DNA from: an uncultured virus (IMG/VR IMGVR_UViG_3300036835_000208)
Taxonomy: Duplodnaviria > Heunggongvirae > Uroviricota > Caudoviricetes
Virus record (IMG/VR): IMGVR_UViG_3300036835_000208
Direction: 5' to 3' (one strand)
Length of the DNA: 20,000 nt
A program made the translations under genes and the position numbers. Positions within the stretch are counted from its first letter, which is position 1; each line of letters begins with the position of its first letter. Under the pieces are notes generated by a model, which saw nothing but the letters and a program-made list of their open reading frames with translations, made no database searches and was not told where the DNA came from. This document shows positions 5,679 to 14,241 of the stretch, piece by piece.

Positions 5679-6494
5679 CTACTTCTTCGCTGTCCGCTTC
5701 GGCGGTCTCGTCGCCTTGGCAGGCTTGCGACCCACAGGCTTGCGGGCCGGTGCGCGTGACTCAGGCTTGGCTGCTGCTGCCACTCGCTGAGCCCTGGCCT
5801 TGCCACCGAAATTCGGATTCTTCTTGTGCTGCCCGGTCTTGAGAGCGAAATCCCAGGCCGTGCGAGCGATGCGATAGCGGAGATAATTCTCCTTCTCCTC
5901 CTTCGAGCGCAGCTCGCCATTCGCCTTCCGTGGCCCGACAAACCCGAACTCGATCAGCTCCCGGCCGGGATATTCCTCCATGATGTACTGGAGCGTCTTT
6001 TCCCGATCGCCCTTGTAGAACTTGAGGGCGTCGAACATGATCTCGACTGCCGAACCCTGCCTCGGCTTCCAGCCACCGCCCGGGCCAGTCGTGCGCTCCC
6101 AGTCGATATCCGTGAGCATGTTGCGGTAGGTAATGCCGTTGTCGCTAGCCGTAGCCATGCTCCTCGATTGACGCTTGGCCGGAGACGGCGCAGACTTCGG
6201 CTTGGCCTTGGCCGCAACCGGAGCCTGCCGCTTCTTCGGCTTCCTCGTCGCCGGGGCTGTACGGGCCGCAGGACTCGCCACAGGGGCCTCCTGCTTCGTG
6301 CGCTTGGCCGGTGCAGTCTGCTTCTTCTTGACAGGCACTCTCGATGTCACCTCCTCCACGTGTCGTTGTCCATTTTGAAACTGCGAGATCAGCTCTCGCA
6401 GCTCCTCCTCCGTGCTGGCAACCCGCAGGGCTCCGACAGGAATCCCCATCATCCTCGCCCGCAGTCTCAGTGTTGCCGTGTCCTCGTTCTTCAT
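5679..6494 (-). CDS. Basic Lys/Ala/Pro-rich (histone H1-like tails) putative DNA-binding protein
   Basis: Two PAKR/PAAR/KPK-rich low-complexity segments flank a helical globular domain; has its own promoter. Confidence 0.7.
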   Translation of the reverse strand: MKNEDTATLRLRARMMGIPVGALRVASTEEELRELISQFQNGQRHVEEVTSRVPVKKKQTAPAKRTKQEAPVASPAARTAPATRKPKKRQAPVAAKAKPKSAPSPAKRQSRSMATASDNGITYRNMLTDIDWERTTGPGGGWKPRQGSAVEIMFDALKFYKGDREKTLQYIMEEYPGRELIEFGFVGPRKANGELRSKEEKENYLRYRIARTAWDFALKTGQHKKNPNFGGKARAQRVAAAAKPESRAPARKPVGRKPAKATRPPKRTAKK

Positions 6495-6500
6495 TTTCTC

Positions 6501-6529
6501 AGGCTAGCAGCCAGGGTGATAATTGTCAA
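6501..6529 (-). promoter_or_regulatory. Promoter for a leaderless mRNA
   Basis: TTGACA-17 nt-TAGCCT with extended -10 TG; ATG lies 6 nt after the -10; no SD. Confidence 0.75.
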
Positions 6530-6855
6530 ACCCTCTGAGCCTTTTTCAGAACGACGAATATTTCCCCCATGCCACGCTCGGGATCGAGCTTCTCCAGCCG
6601 GGCCTGCTGTACCTTTCTGGTACCATTATCTAGCCCCCCGGCGAGCACAGCAGCCACCTGCCTGCGCAGGTAGCCGACGAAATACCTCTGACGCAAGCGG
6701 TCATCAACGACCATCACCTTGATCGCATTCTCGTCATGCGGATTCTCAGGTTGCCGCTCCAGGACGGCATGAAGTGGCACGAGCTGAGCCAGCTTCTCCT
6801 GATCCTCTTTTTTCAAGTGGTGATTGACGCCGACAACATCGAAGCTAACGCCCAT
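6526..6855 (-). CDS. Stand-alone HIRAN domain protein
   Basis: FDVVGVNHH, LERQPENPHDENAIKV and VGYLRR are HIRAN signature motifs. Confidence 0.85.
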   Translation of the reverse strand: MGVSFDVVGVNHHLKKEDQEKLAQLVPLHAVLERQPENPHDENAIKVMVVDDRLRQRYFVGYLRRQVAAVLAGGLDNGTRKVQQARLEKLDPERGMGEIFVVLKKAQRV

Positions 6856-7267
6856 AACGCCTTCCTATTTTCATAGTCGCGAATATCTCCTCGATCTCCT
6901 CAACCTGCTCCGGGCTCCAGAGCCGTACCTGTAGCTCGCCGCACTGCACCCGGGAAGCGTGCGGGAGTCTGCCCTGCCTGTCCAGCTTGCGAATCCAGGT
7001 AATGTCCTTGCCGACGATCTTGGACAGCTCAGCCACAGTTACATAGTCCTGGAACTTGGCCGGTTTGAAGTAGGACATATCGCGGACGCCATTGAAGGTC
7101 TCACTGTTCCGTTGCCACTCCCGCCTGCGACAGCGTTCGTGATTATTACACATATATTCCCAGGTACCATTCTCCAGCTTGACCGAATGGAATGCACGGA
7201 CACCGACACGCCCGCAGCGAATACACTCCTTCTCTACGTACTCAATGTATCGACGGTTGTTCCGCAT
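6845..7267 (-). CDS. Zn-finger plus MerR/Xis-type winged-HTH DNA-binding protein
   Basis: CIRCG...CNNHERC, then YVTVAELSKIVGKDITWIRKLDRQGRLP...RLWSPEQVEEI (MerR-like HTH and wing). Confidence 0.75.
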   Translation of the reverse strand: MRNNRRYIEYVEKECIRCGRVGVRAFHSVKLENGTWEYMCNNHERCRRREWQRNSETFNGVRDMSYFKPAKFQDYVTVAELSKIVGKDITWIRKLDRQGRLPHASRVQCGELQVRLWSPEQVEEIEEIFATMKIGRRYGR

Positions 7268-7751
7268 TGAACACTCGAATGTACGGGGCCTTCATTCGCT
7301 CGTAGTAGGCCGGAGCCAGATCCTCCGTCGCTACCAATCCCTCCTCAACTGCCTCCAGGATTTTCTCCGGGTCAGCCACTCGCTTGGTCAGCATCAAGAA
7401 GGTCGCCTTGTCAAAGATCGACTTCAGCGACCTCTTACCGGGAGGATCTACCGGCACGTCATCATCCTCGGCAATCCACACGCGCTCCGCTGTAGCCTCG
7501 ATCAACCGTGCGTGCTTGCCCGGGCCTGCCTCGATGCGGGACGTGTCCGTCTCCACCATGTAGGCGGTCAGAGAGCTACGCATGACCTTGACTTGCTCAC
7601 GCTTGTCGAGCAGCCCGGACTGTCTTTCGATCTCAGCAATTTCATCTTGTAGAATACCTAACTTCACGGCCAGGGCCTCAGCTTGACGCTTGCTGAGACC
7701 CTTCTTCTTTGCTCGTACAGCCATCTTACCCTCCTCGGACTTGACTACCAT
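7242..7751 (-). CDS. Hypothetical coiled-coil phage protein (possibly Gam/gp157-like)
   Basis: N-terminal coiled coil; D-x-EKILEAVEEG motif. Two in-frame ATGs (7751, 7724) both have strong GGAGG SDs. The family assignment is tentative. Confidence 0.65.
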   Translation of the reverse strand: MVVKSEEGKMAVRAKKKGLSKRQAEALAVKLGILQDEIAEIERQSGLLDKREQVKVMRSSLTAYMVETDTSRIEAGPGKHARLIEATAERVWIAEDDDVPVDPPGKRSLKSIFDKATFLMLTKRVADPEKILEAVEEGLVATEDLAPAYYERMKAPYIRVFNAEQPSIH

Positions 7752-7978
7752 TCTCCCTCCTCCGCGATCGGTGCTTCCTTGAGCATCCGGCGCAGGGCAC
7801 GGAAGCGCTCATGCATCCGGCGCAGGTCATAAGCGAGACGACTGGCCTCGATGCCCTCCGGCTGCTCGCGTAGCTCCAGCCAGTCAGCCAACTCGTCGGC
7901 AAGGCGGATCGTTACCTCCAGCCGGTCGAGCACCTGACTGGTGCAGTTGTAGGCGACAACGGTTGCGTAACGGTTCAT
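7745..7978 (-). CDS. Hypothetical helical protein
   Basis: Start reassigned to MNRYAT, ATGA-coupled to the helicase stop. Confidence 0.65.
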   Translation of the reverse strand: MNRYATVVAYNCTSQVLDRLEVTIRLADELADWLELREQPEGIEASRLAYDLRRMHERFRALRRMLKEAPIAEEGEW

Positions 7979-9294
7979 CTCCAGACCAACTTTCGCTTGA
8001 TAATCGGAATCCGCAATTTGTGGTAAGTCTGCTTGCGCTGTTTCCATTGGAAATTGAGGACACCGATCCGTCTGTCTACGATGTCGAAGATCCTCGCGTT
8101 TTCTTTACCTGGGTGTTGGCGAAGCGTTCGTCCGATTTGCTGGACGATTCTTCCCTCATGCTTTCCAGGATATGTGAGCATGACTCTATTGCATCTTGGC
8201 ACATCGAGAGCTTCGTCTGCAAGCTGAGTAGCAAGGAGACATTTAATCCTGCCTTCTTTGAAATCTCGAAGGACTCGCCTTCGATCAGCCACTGAATGCT
8301 CTCCTGTAAGAACCTCAGCCGGGTATTGTAAATGATCAGCGATTCGTCTAAGGTGCTCAATTCTGCGGCTAAGAACGAGGATACTATTTCCCCCAGCAGT
8401 CTCTCTGTCGATGATATCTGCAATTAACCCATTCCTCCTCTCATCGGTAACCAGCGCGTTAAGCAGGTCGTGCCAATCCCAGCGACCACGATACGGGTAA
8501 CGAAAATCGGTATAGACCGGCTTTACCTTCAGCTCAATCGGGCTGGTAAATTTCTGTTTGTGAATGACCGGGCCAATCAGGATCGGCAGGTAGGGGTGCA
8601 AACCATCGGCCCGCTTGTCCGTGGCCGTGAATCCGAAGCGATAGTGAGCGGGCAGGTTATTGAGCACCTTCTCATACGTATCCGCAGCGGAGTGATGGCC
8701 TTCATCGACCACAACGGCTCCCCACTGAGCCCACCATTCGTCCGGCCTATTACCGAGCTGTCGGTGCAAGGTCTGAATCGTCCCGATCGTGATATGCCCG
8801 ACCGTCTTGCTCCCGGAAGCAATCACTCCAGGCTCAACCTCGGGCATCGAGTCACGGATGTAATCAAGCCACTGATTGAGAATATCCTTGGTGTGAACAA
8901 TTACCAAGGTGCGCGTGCGGGCTCTGGCAGCAAAGGCCAGGGCGATGTTAGACTTTCCGGTACCAGGGGGGCGCAGGATGATGCCCTGCTCGTAGCGGAG
9001 CATGGCGTCAACCGCATCTTTCTGGCCCGCAAACCTCTGATCCTTGGCCGTGTTGTCGAGCTGCACGTTGAAGCTCAGCGCGGGCAGGTTTGGCTTGCTG
9101 CGCTTGTCTATGTAATTAAGATCATCGACAAACTGCCAGGCTCCGCGTGGCATCTCAATCGCCGCACCGTAGTGCAAGCGGTAACAGGTACAGGTCTGAT
9201 CCCCCACGGGGAACGTGAGCTGTCGAAGCAGTTTTTTCCTTCGAGCCTCAGGCAACTCATTCCAGCCGAGGGTGATAATGCTATCTACTCGCAT
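7975..9294 (-). CDS. SF2 DExH helicase (UvsW/XPB/ResIII-like)
   Basis: Q motif (FAGQKDAV), PPGTGKS, VVVDEGHH, GFTAT, EALDVP, QQIGRTLR. Confidence 0.92.
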   Translation of the reverse strand: MRVDSIITLGWNELPEARRKKLLRQLTFPVGDQTCTCYRLHYGAAIEMPRGAWQFVDDLNYIDKRSKPNLPALSFNVQLDNTAKDQRFAGQKDAVDAMLRYEQGIILRPPGTGKSNIALAFAARARTRTLVIVHTKDILNQWLDYIRDSMPEVEPGVIASGSKTVGHITIGTIQTLHRQLGNRPDEWWAQWGAVVVDEGHHSAADTYEKVLNNLPAHYRFGFTATDKRADGLHPYLPILIGPVIHKQKFTSPIELKVKPVYTDFRYPYRGRWDWHDLLNALVTDERRNGLIADIIDRETAGGNSILVLSRRIEHLRRIADHLQYPAEVLTGEHSVADRRRVLRDFKEGRIKCLLATQLADEALDVPRCNRVMLTYPGKHEGRIVQQIGRTLRQHPGKENARIFDIVDRRIGVLNFQWKQRKQTYHKLRIPIIKRKLVWR

Positions 9295-9300
9295 GGGCCA

Positions 9301-9335
9301 AAAGTAGCAGTCTTAGAGATAGGTGTCAAGACTGC
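9301..9335 (-). promoter_or_regulatory. Leaderless promoter of the helicase operon with overlapping inverted repeat
   Basis: TTGACA (9329-9324)-17 nt-TACTTT (9306-9301) with extended -10 TG; ATG 6 nt later. Inverted repeat GCAGTCTT-N13-AAGACTGC at 9307-9335. Confidence 0.75.
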
Positions 9336-9346
9336 CCCGGGAAATT

Positions 9347-10069
9347 TTATTGCAGATAGTTTTCCTTCAGCCAGACTGCCATAGCGAGCGCGTCGTACCT
9401 GTCGTCAGGCTGTACCGGATTGGCATGACTTTCATCTGGCCGAGGAATCTTACCACGGGAAGTCAGGATCAGATCGGGGAAGTCAGGTACCTCCCGATCA
9501 AAGACATGCATGAAGGCGTAGCCAGGGTTGAGCAGAGCCCACTCCTTAGCCCGCCACTTACCCCGGCCATCGTGATTCCACTGCCTGTGACCGATGGTAA
9601 TTCCTAGCCCCTCAGCGACCAGCTTTCTCCACCACGTATTGTGAATCTGGTAGATGTTGCGGAAGCCGTATCGAATCAGCCCTGCCATCACTGCCCCACT
9701 GATCTCGGCCTGCTGCTTGAGCGCGCTGGACTGAAACTTCCCTCGACCAGCCATCCCCAACGGCCAGGGCTCCTCGATGGCGATGTAAATATCGCTAGCT
9801 TCAATCGTCGTGCGCAGATCGCCTTGCACGTCCAGGATCAGCTCGTGACTTCTTGCGCAGTCCAGCAGCCGGTCGAAGTAGTGATCCTCCTTCACCCACC
9901 TGCGGATCGCGAATGCCGGGCCGAGAGACTTCTGCAAAGTGGAATCGTAAGCCACAGCGGCTACAGCGAGGGAGGACATGCTTGTGTCGATTCCTACCCA
10001 CAATCCCTCTCTTTGCTTTGGCTTTTTCTTAACCGGCCTCGTTACATTTTGTGCAGAGTGGCGGGTCAT
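9347..10069 (-). CDS. ruvC: RuvC-like Holliday junction resolvase
   Basis: VGIDTS (D), IAIEEP (E) and DDRYDALAMA (DxxD) give the RNase H-fold catalytic set. Confidence 0.8.
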   Translation of the reverse strand: MTRHSAQNVTRPVKKKPKQREGLWVGIDTSMSSLAVAAVAYDSTLQKSLGPAFAIRRWVKEDHYFDRLLDCARSHELILDVQGDLRTTIEASDIYIAIEEPWPLGMAGRGKFQSSALKQQAEISGAVMAGLIRYGFRNIYQIHNTWWRKLVAEGLGITIGHRQWNHDGRGKWRAKEWALLNPGYAFMHVFDREVPDFPDLILTSRGKIPRPDESHANPVQPDDRYDALAMAVWLKENYLQ

Positions 10070-10259
10070 ATTTTCCCTCGACTACTCGGGTACCGGATTC
10101 TGCCCCATCCCCATACTTGATCGTGGTAGCGACAAAGCGAGCCCTGTCCACCGCATTCAGCCGGTCTAGCTCCATGCCGTACTCGTCACGGTAGAGACGC
10201 TGCAGGGTGTCGGCAATGATATTGATTACCTCGGCTGTCGCTACCTCAGTCGCCGCCAC
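10029..10259 (-). CDS. Hypothetical protein with C-terminal CxxC
   Basis: Start reassigned to GTG (VAATEV) after GGGGATAGG; ends PLCTKCNEAG. Confidence 0.55.
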   Translation of the reverse strand: MAATEVATAEVINIIADTLQRLYRDEYGMELDRLNAVDRARFVATTIKYGDGAESGTRVVEGKYDPPLCTKCNEAG

Positions 10260-10659
10260 GGAGCCTATCCCCACAGTTAACGCAATAGACCTTCGGGAAC
10301 TTGTAATTAGCAACCTTGACATCGAACAGGGCCAGGTCTTTGAGAATTTCAGTTGCGATAAAGAGAATGTTCTTGTCCTGAAACTCCAGATTGATGGGGA
10401 TGGCGACGGAAGGATTCCGTTTACCATTCGGAAAGATTCGGATGTAGCCAGAGCCCGCCGTCTTGAGACGATCACAGACCATATCCAAAATCCTGCGAGT
10501 CTCGCTGTCCTGAGCTTCGTAGGCCAGACGGGCTATCCGGTACCTGGCATTGGTGGCTTGCTCAAAAATTTCGAGCTGCTGCTTGATCACATCCTCGGGG
10601 ATGCGCTGCTTCTTCTTGACGATTTTGGTTTGCTTGGGCTTTTTCTTGACGGGCCTCAT
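10246..10659 (-). CDS. Hypothetical protein with basic N-tail and C-terminal CxxC
   Basis: 137-aa ORF in operon orientation; MRPVKKKPKQ N-terminus; YCVNCG. Confidence 0.7.
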   Translation of the reverse strand: MRPVKKKPKQTKIVKKKQRIPEDVIKQQLEIFEQATNARYRIARLAYEAQDSETRRILDMVCDRLKTAGSGYIRIFPNGKRNPSVAIPINLEFQDKNILFIATEILKDLALFDVKVANYKFPKVYCVNCGDRLRGGD

Positions 10660-10670
10660 GGTCAGAGATT

Positions 10671-11126
10671 CTAGTCCTTGGGGGCCACTTCCGCAAATCG
10701 GCGCGTCATCTCCCGGGAGGCAGCACGGAACAAATCTTCATAGCCCTTGAGCAGAGCGTCGAGCATCTCCGTTCGGGCCGAGGCTTCAAGGATCTGCTCC
10801 TCCAGCTTGGCGATGTTGGTATCGAGAGCCATCGCATCGTCCAGCTCATATTTTGTTTTGTAATCACCCTTGTGCAGATGTCGGTACTGAGCCTGCTCGA
10901 AACGGAGATCCCTTTGCAGAGCCGCCAGCTCCGTGGCGTAGCGAGCAGTGACAAACAGGGCGTGGGCGTGGCGAACGGCGTAGCGTGAGTGTACCGACCC
11001 GATTTCCCTGTTGTTCAAGCGCGTGAAGTCAAGAGGCACCGCATCATCCGTGGTGGCGATCTCATCGGGCGCGATTAACCCTTCGCTTTTTAGGAACAGC
11101 AATGCGGAATTTTTTGGGGTAGCCAC
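10671..11126 (-). CDS. Coiled-coil protein, putative UvsY-like recombination mediator
   Basis: All-helical protein ending in SREMTRR, located among RecA and nuclease genes. The start is uncertain (GTG 11126 preferred to limit overlap). Confidence 0.55.
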   Translation of the reverse strand: MATPKNSALLFLKSEGLIAPDEIATTDDAVPLDFTRLNNREIGSVHSRYAVRHAHALFVTARYATELAALQRDLRFEQAQYRHLHKGDYKTKYELDDAMALDTNIAKLEEQILEASARTEMLDALLKGYEDLFRAASREMTRRFAEVAPKD

Positions 11127-11955
11127 TGTCAGCAGGGGCTTCTTCAATGGCGCGGACTTCCCCCCGACAGTAGGTGCGGAAGGGACATGAGACAAATTGG
11201 GCTTGCGTGATCGACGTGCATTCCGGGTGAGGGATGGTATGGGCTTTGGCATGTTGCTCTAGCTCCTCGATTCGTTGGCGTACCTTCTTGCCGTTGACTC
11301 TCAGGCTCACCCTGTATTCGCACAGGGCCGCTGGGAAATCCGGTGTTGGGCCTGACTTGCGCTCGGCAATCAAGAAGGCCCCATCGACCTCACCGTGCAG
11401 GAGCGCGTAATCGGCAACCTGAATCTTGTACTGCTCCGACACGTCCTTGTCAGCGACCATTTGGAAATAGCGATCGTTGAGGTATTTGAAGTCAATGATG
11501 TAGCGACTGCCCTTGATGTCCACGACGGCATCAAGCGTACCGCTGTGTCCATCACCGCCTACCGGAAGCTCCGCACCGACCAGGCTCAGGTAACCCCGCT
11601 TGCTCAGTTGGTGCAGCCTGAGCTGGAGGCGCAGATGAGCCCAGGTGCCCGTCCAGAATAGATGCTTGGTCTCCGGGCGCACGACCTTGCTGACACCGAC
11701 GTTGTACTCCGCGTGATAGCGGCTAAGGAAGGTGCGCCTGCGGCATCCACCCAGGAGCGAGGGACTGTAGACGCGCGCCCGTTTCCTTTCCTTCTCCCGA
11801 CGTTTGTCCGCGCGCATCAGCTCGACCAGGAATTCCTGATCATCCTCATCCCAGTAGTCATAGTTGTAATTGGACAGATAGTCCTCGAACAGAGGGACGA
11901 TCACGCCCTTACGTTTTTGCTTCTGAGCCAACTGCTTCTCAACTTGGTTTCTCAT
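11062..11955 (-). CDS. Cas4-like PD-(D/E)XK exonuclease with probable Fe-S cluster
   Basis: SPSLLGGCRR, SGTLD, IIDFK, QVADY, and C-terminal ECT...SCPFRTYC. Confidence 0.85.
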   Translation of the reverse strand: MRNQVEKQLAQKQKRKGVIVPLFEDYLSNYNYDYWDEDDQEFLVELMRADKRREKERKRARVYSPSLLGGCRRRTFLSRYHAEYNVGVSKVVRPETKHLFWTGTWAHLRLQLRLHQLSKRGYLSLVGAELPVGGDGHSGTLDAVVDIKGSRYIIDFKYLNDRYFQMVADKDVSEQYKIQVADYALLHGEVDGAFLIAERKSGPTPDFPAALCEYRVSLRVNGKKVRQRIEELEQHAKAHTIPHPECTSITQAQFVSCPFRTYCRGEVRAIEEAPADSGYPKKFRIAVPKKRRVNRAR

Positions 11956-12340
11956 ACTCTCCCGGTTCGATCGGAGCGTCGATGCCTAGCCGTGCCTCTG
12001 CGTTGCGCAGCCGTGTCATCAGACTTTGAAAATCTGTCAGTCGAATGGTCATCAACTGAAGATCCTTGATGTCAATTTGCATGGCCGGTAGCAGTCCAGG
12101 AGGTGTGCGGTAGGCATCCGTGGTAATCCGCTTGAATTCATCATACTCGATCCGGTAGCCGGATGTCTGCGTATCCCTGGCCTCGATCAGGAAGCCGTAC
12201 AGCTTGCCGTCGCGCTTGAAGCGCCAGAGACGGCCACTAGCTATGCCCTGCTGTCCTCCCGTGGTGCGAGCCAGGCGTTCTTCCTGCCTGCGATGCCGCT
12301 GCTTGCGAGCACGCCGCCAGGGAGGCTCTACATCCGTCAC
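11939..12340 (-). CDS. Hjc-like (archaeal-type) resolvase-fold protein
   Basis: QEERLA...GG...ASG...KRD...FLIEAR pattern; the catalytic Lys is replaced by Arg. Confidence 0.65.
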   Translation of the reverse strand: MTDVEPPWRRARKQRHRRQEERLARTTGGQQGIASGRLWRFKRDGKLYGFLIEARDTQTSGYRIEYDEFKRITTDAYRTPPGLLPAMQIDIKDLQLMTIRLTDFQSLMTRLRNAEARLGIDAPIEPGEYEKPS

Positions 12341-12591
12341 GGTTTACCAGCCGGGTAGACCTGATTGCGCTTGCGCGAATCCTGATACTCGCTGAAGGTC
12401 TGCCGCTTCTGAAAGGAGAACACCTTGAAAATCTTGTCCTTGCAGCAAGCACCGACATCAGCATGGTGAGTGTAATTAGAATGGACGAGCTTGGTCACGC
12501 CGGGGATGGACGGGATCCAGTGCAGCTTGCCCACGATCGTGTCGGTCTCTCGCTTGCAGATGTCACAGCGCTTCACTATTTTCCTACTCAT
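12337..12591 (-). CDS. Small Zn-binding protein (possibly Lsr2-dimerisation-like)
   Basis: Start reassigned to MSRKIVKRCDIC with GGGAG SD; later DVGACC. Confidence 0.65.
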   Translation of the reverse strand: MSRKIVKRCDICKRETDTIVGKLHWIPSIPGVTKLVHSNYTHHADVGACCKDKIFKVFSFQKRQTFSEYQDSRKRNQVYPAGKP

Positions 12592-13630
12592 AGTCTCCCG
12601 CCCTCTCGGTGTTGGCCACAATCCCCGCAATCAACTCCTCCCCTAGGTGCGTCTGGCTCAGCCACATCTGGAATTTGCTTCTTGTCCCCTTCCACTGCTT
12701 TCCTGCGTCGTCGTCGTAGATATAGGTATTTCCTGAGAGGGTGATTAGCCCATCTTCCAGTCCAAGGTGAAGGATCTCGCTTGATTGGTCTATTCCTCCC
12801 ACATCCGAATCGAAGAGAAAACTACCTTCACGGTATGGTCGGGTTGACTTATCTTTTTCCACTCGACATTGAATCCAACGTGCAGTTGCCATGTCCCTTT
12901 GTACGAGCCGTCCATCTTTTGCAACGGGACGCTTAGCCTTAACGACCCCTCCCCGTCTGACCTCCACCCGGGTTGTAGCGTAAAATCGAAGGGCGCGGCC
13001 TCCAGATGTTGTTTTAGGGTTTCCAAAACGGACGCCAATGTTAGTACGTTCTTGGTTCGTCCAGAGGAAGAGAGTACGGCGGTTGACTGCTGTGATTCTT
13101 CTGAGGGCACGAGACATCATCCTCGCTTGTCCGGCGATCCTGTCCTCATCCCGTGGGTCGCGCTCCAATTCCTCCGCAGGGATGAGGGAGGCCACCGAGT
13201 CGATTGTAATAACCTCCAGGGATCTGTCCTCGGCATGCTTGGCCAAGGTCATCATCACCGCGATTGCTTCTTCAGCATTTGCCGGATGGAATGAAAGTAA
13301 ATCGTCGTCGCTTCCTCCCAGGTGTCTAAACCACCCGCCGTCGAAGGAATGTTCTGGATCGACAATGGCGCATAGATTCCCTCGTTGCTGTGAGAGGGCC
13401 ATAGTTCGATATGCAATATAAGACTTGCAGGCGTTTTCGTCTCCGAAAAGCTCAACGTGCCTGCCCAGAGCAAACCCTCCCCCTGTAATTCGGTCAAGAA
13501 CGAGAGAGCCAGTCGGAATACGAACGATCTCAAAACTCGGGTCTGATCCAAGTCGTACATCGGTACCCAGTGTTGAATTTATCTCACTGACCAGGCTCGC
13601 TGCTCTGCTCTGCTTCTTCTTGGTCGGCAT
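12584..13630 (-). CDS. recA: RecA recombinase
   Basis: IPTGSLVLD, Walker A GDENACKS, DPEH, Walker B TIDSVASL, QARMMSRALR, NQER, TSGGRALRFYATTR. Confidence 0.95.
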   Translation of the reverse strand: MPTKKKQSRAASLVSEINSTLGTDVRLGSDPSFEIVRIPTGSLVLDRITGGGFALGRHVELFGDENACKSYIAYRTMALSQQRGNLCAIVDPEHSFDGGWFRHLGGSDDDLLSFHPANAEEAIAVMMTLAKHAEDRSLEVITIDSVASLIPAEELERDPRDEDRIAGQARMMSRALRRITAVNRRTLFLWTNQERTNIGVRFGNPKTTSGGRALRFYATTRVEVRRGGVVKAKRPVAKDGRLVQRDMATARWIQCRVEKDKSTRPYREGSFLFDSDVGGIDQSSEILHLGLEDGLITLSGNTYIYDDDAGKQWKGTRSKFQMWLSQTHLGEELIAGIVANTERAGDYE

Positions 13631-13883
13631 CCCCGTCCCCCTTTAGCTCCGCCAACTCAGCCTCCAGTTGCTTGATCCGCTTTTTCCACTGCGCAAGTAT
13701 CTGAGCGTAAGGCGGCAGCCCCCTGGCCACCCGTTCTTGTCTCAGAATCTCCGTGTACTCTTCCTCGTGCAATGCAAGGAGCCGACGCCTGGCGGCATGA
13801 GTTGCCTGTAATGCATCATTGGGGGTACCAGCCCTCCAATAAATTTCTATCTCTTCGTCGTCATACGGAATCCCCATCATCAA
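13584..13883 (-). CDS. Hypothetical coiled-coil protein
   Basis: GGAGGAGG SD; C-terminal KKRIKQLEAELAELK. Confidence 0.7.
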   Translation of the reverse strand: MMMGIPYDDEEIEIYWRAGTPNDALQATHAARRRLLALHEEEYTEILRQERVARGLPPYAQILAQWKKRIKQLEAELAELKGDGDADQEEAEQSSEPGQ

Positions 13884-14241
13884 CCTCCTCCTCAGGGCCT
13901 TCTTTCAATCGCTCGGGACTAGGATCGGGTGGCAGCTCGGACTCAGCGGAAGTGACCGGCCTGCTCTCCCGTGCGGGATCAACGACCTCTACCTCCCGGC
14001 CGGAGATGTCGATGTTGACGACGTTCTGCGCGCCACCCTTGGCAGTCTGAGCAAATGAAAGCTTCTCGGCAGTGGTCTCAATCAGCACCAGGCCCATGAC
14101 CGGCTGCTTGGTATCCACCTCCTTGACTGTAATCAAGATTGGATCGTAGGGGCCGTTGTCGAGCCCAATGACTAAATTCCCCTCCTCGTTGTTGACTGTC
14201 GTCGCCGTGTATCCGATGTAGTGGTCAAGCTGAGGCTCCAT
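13861..14241 (-). CDS. Hypothetical protein
   Basis: Start reassigned to MEPQLDHY, overlapping the dnaE end; beta-rich with an acidic tail. Confidence 0.65.
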   Translation of the reverse strand: MEPQLDHYIGYTATTVNNEEGNLVIGLDNGPYDPILITVKEVDTKQPVMGLVLIETTAEKLSFAQTAKGGAQNVVNIDISGREVEVVDPARESRPVTSAESELPPDPSPERLKEGPEEEVDDGDSV

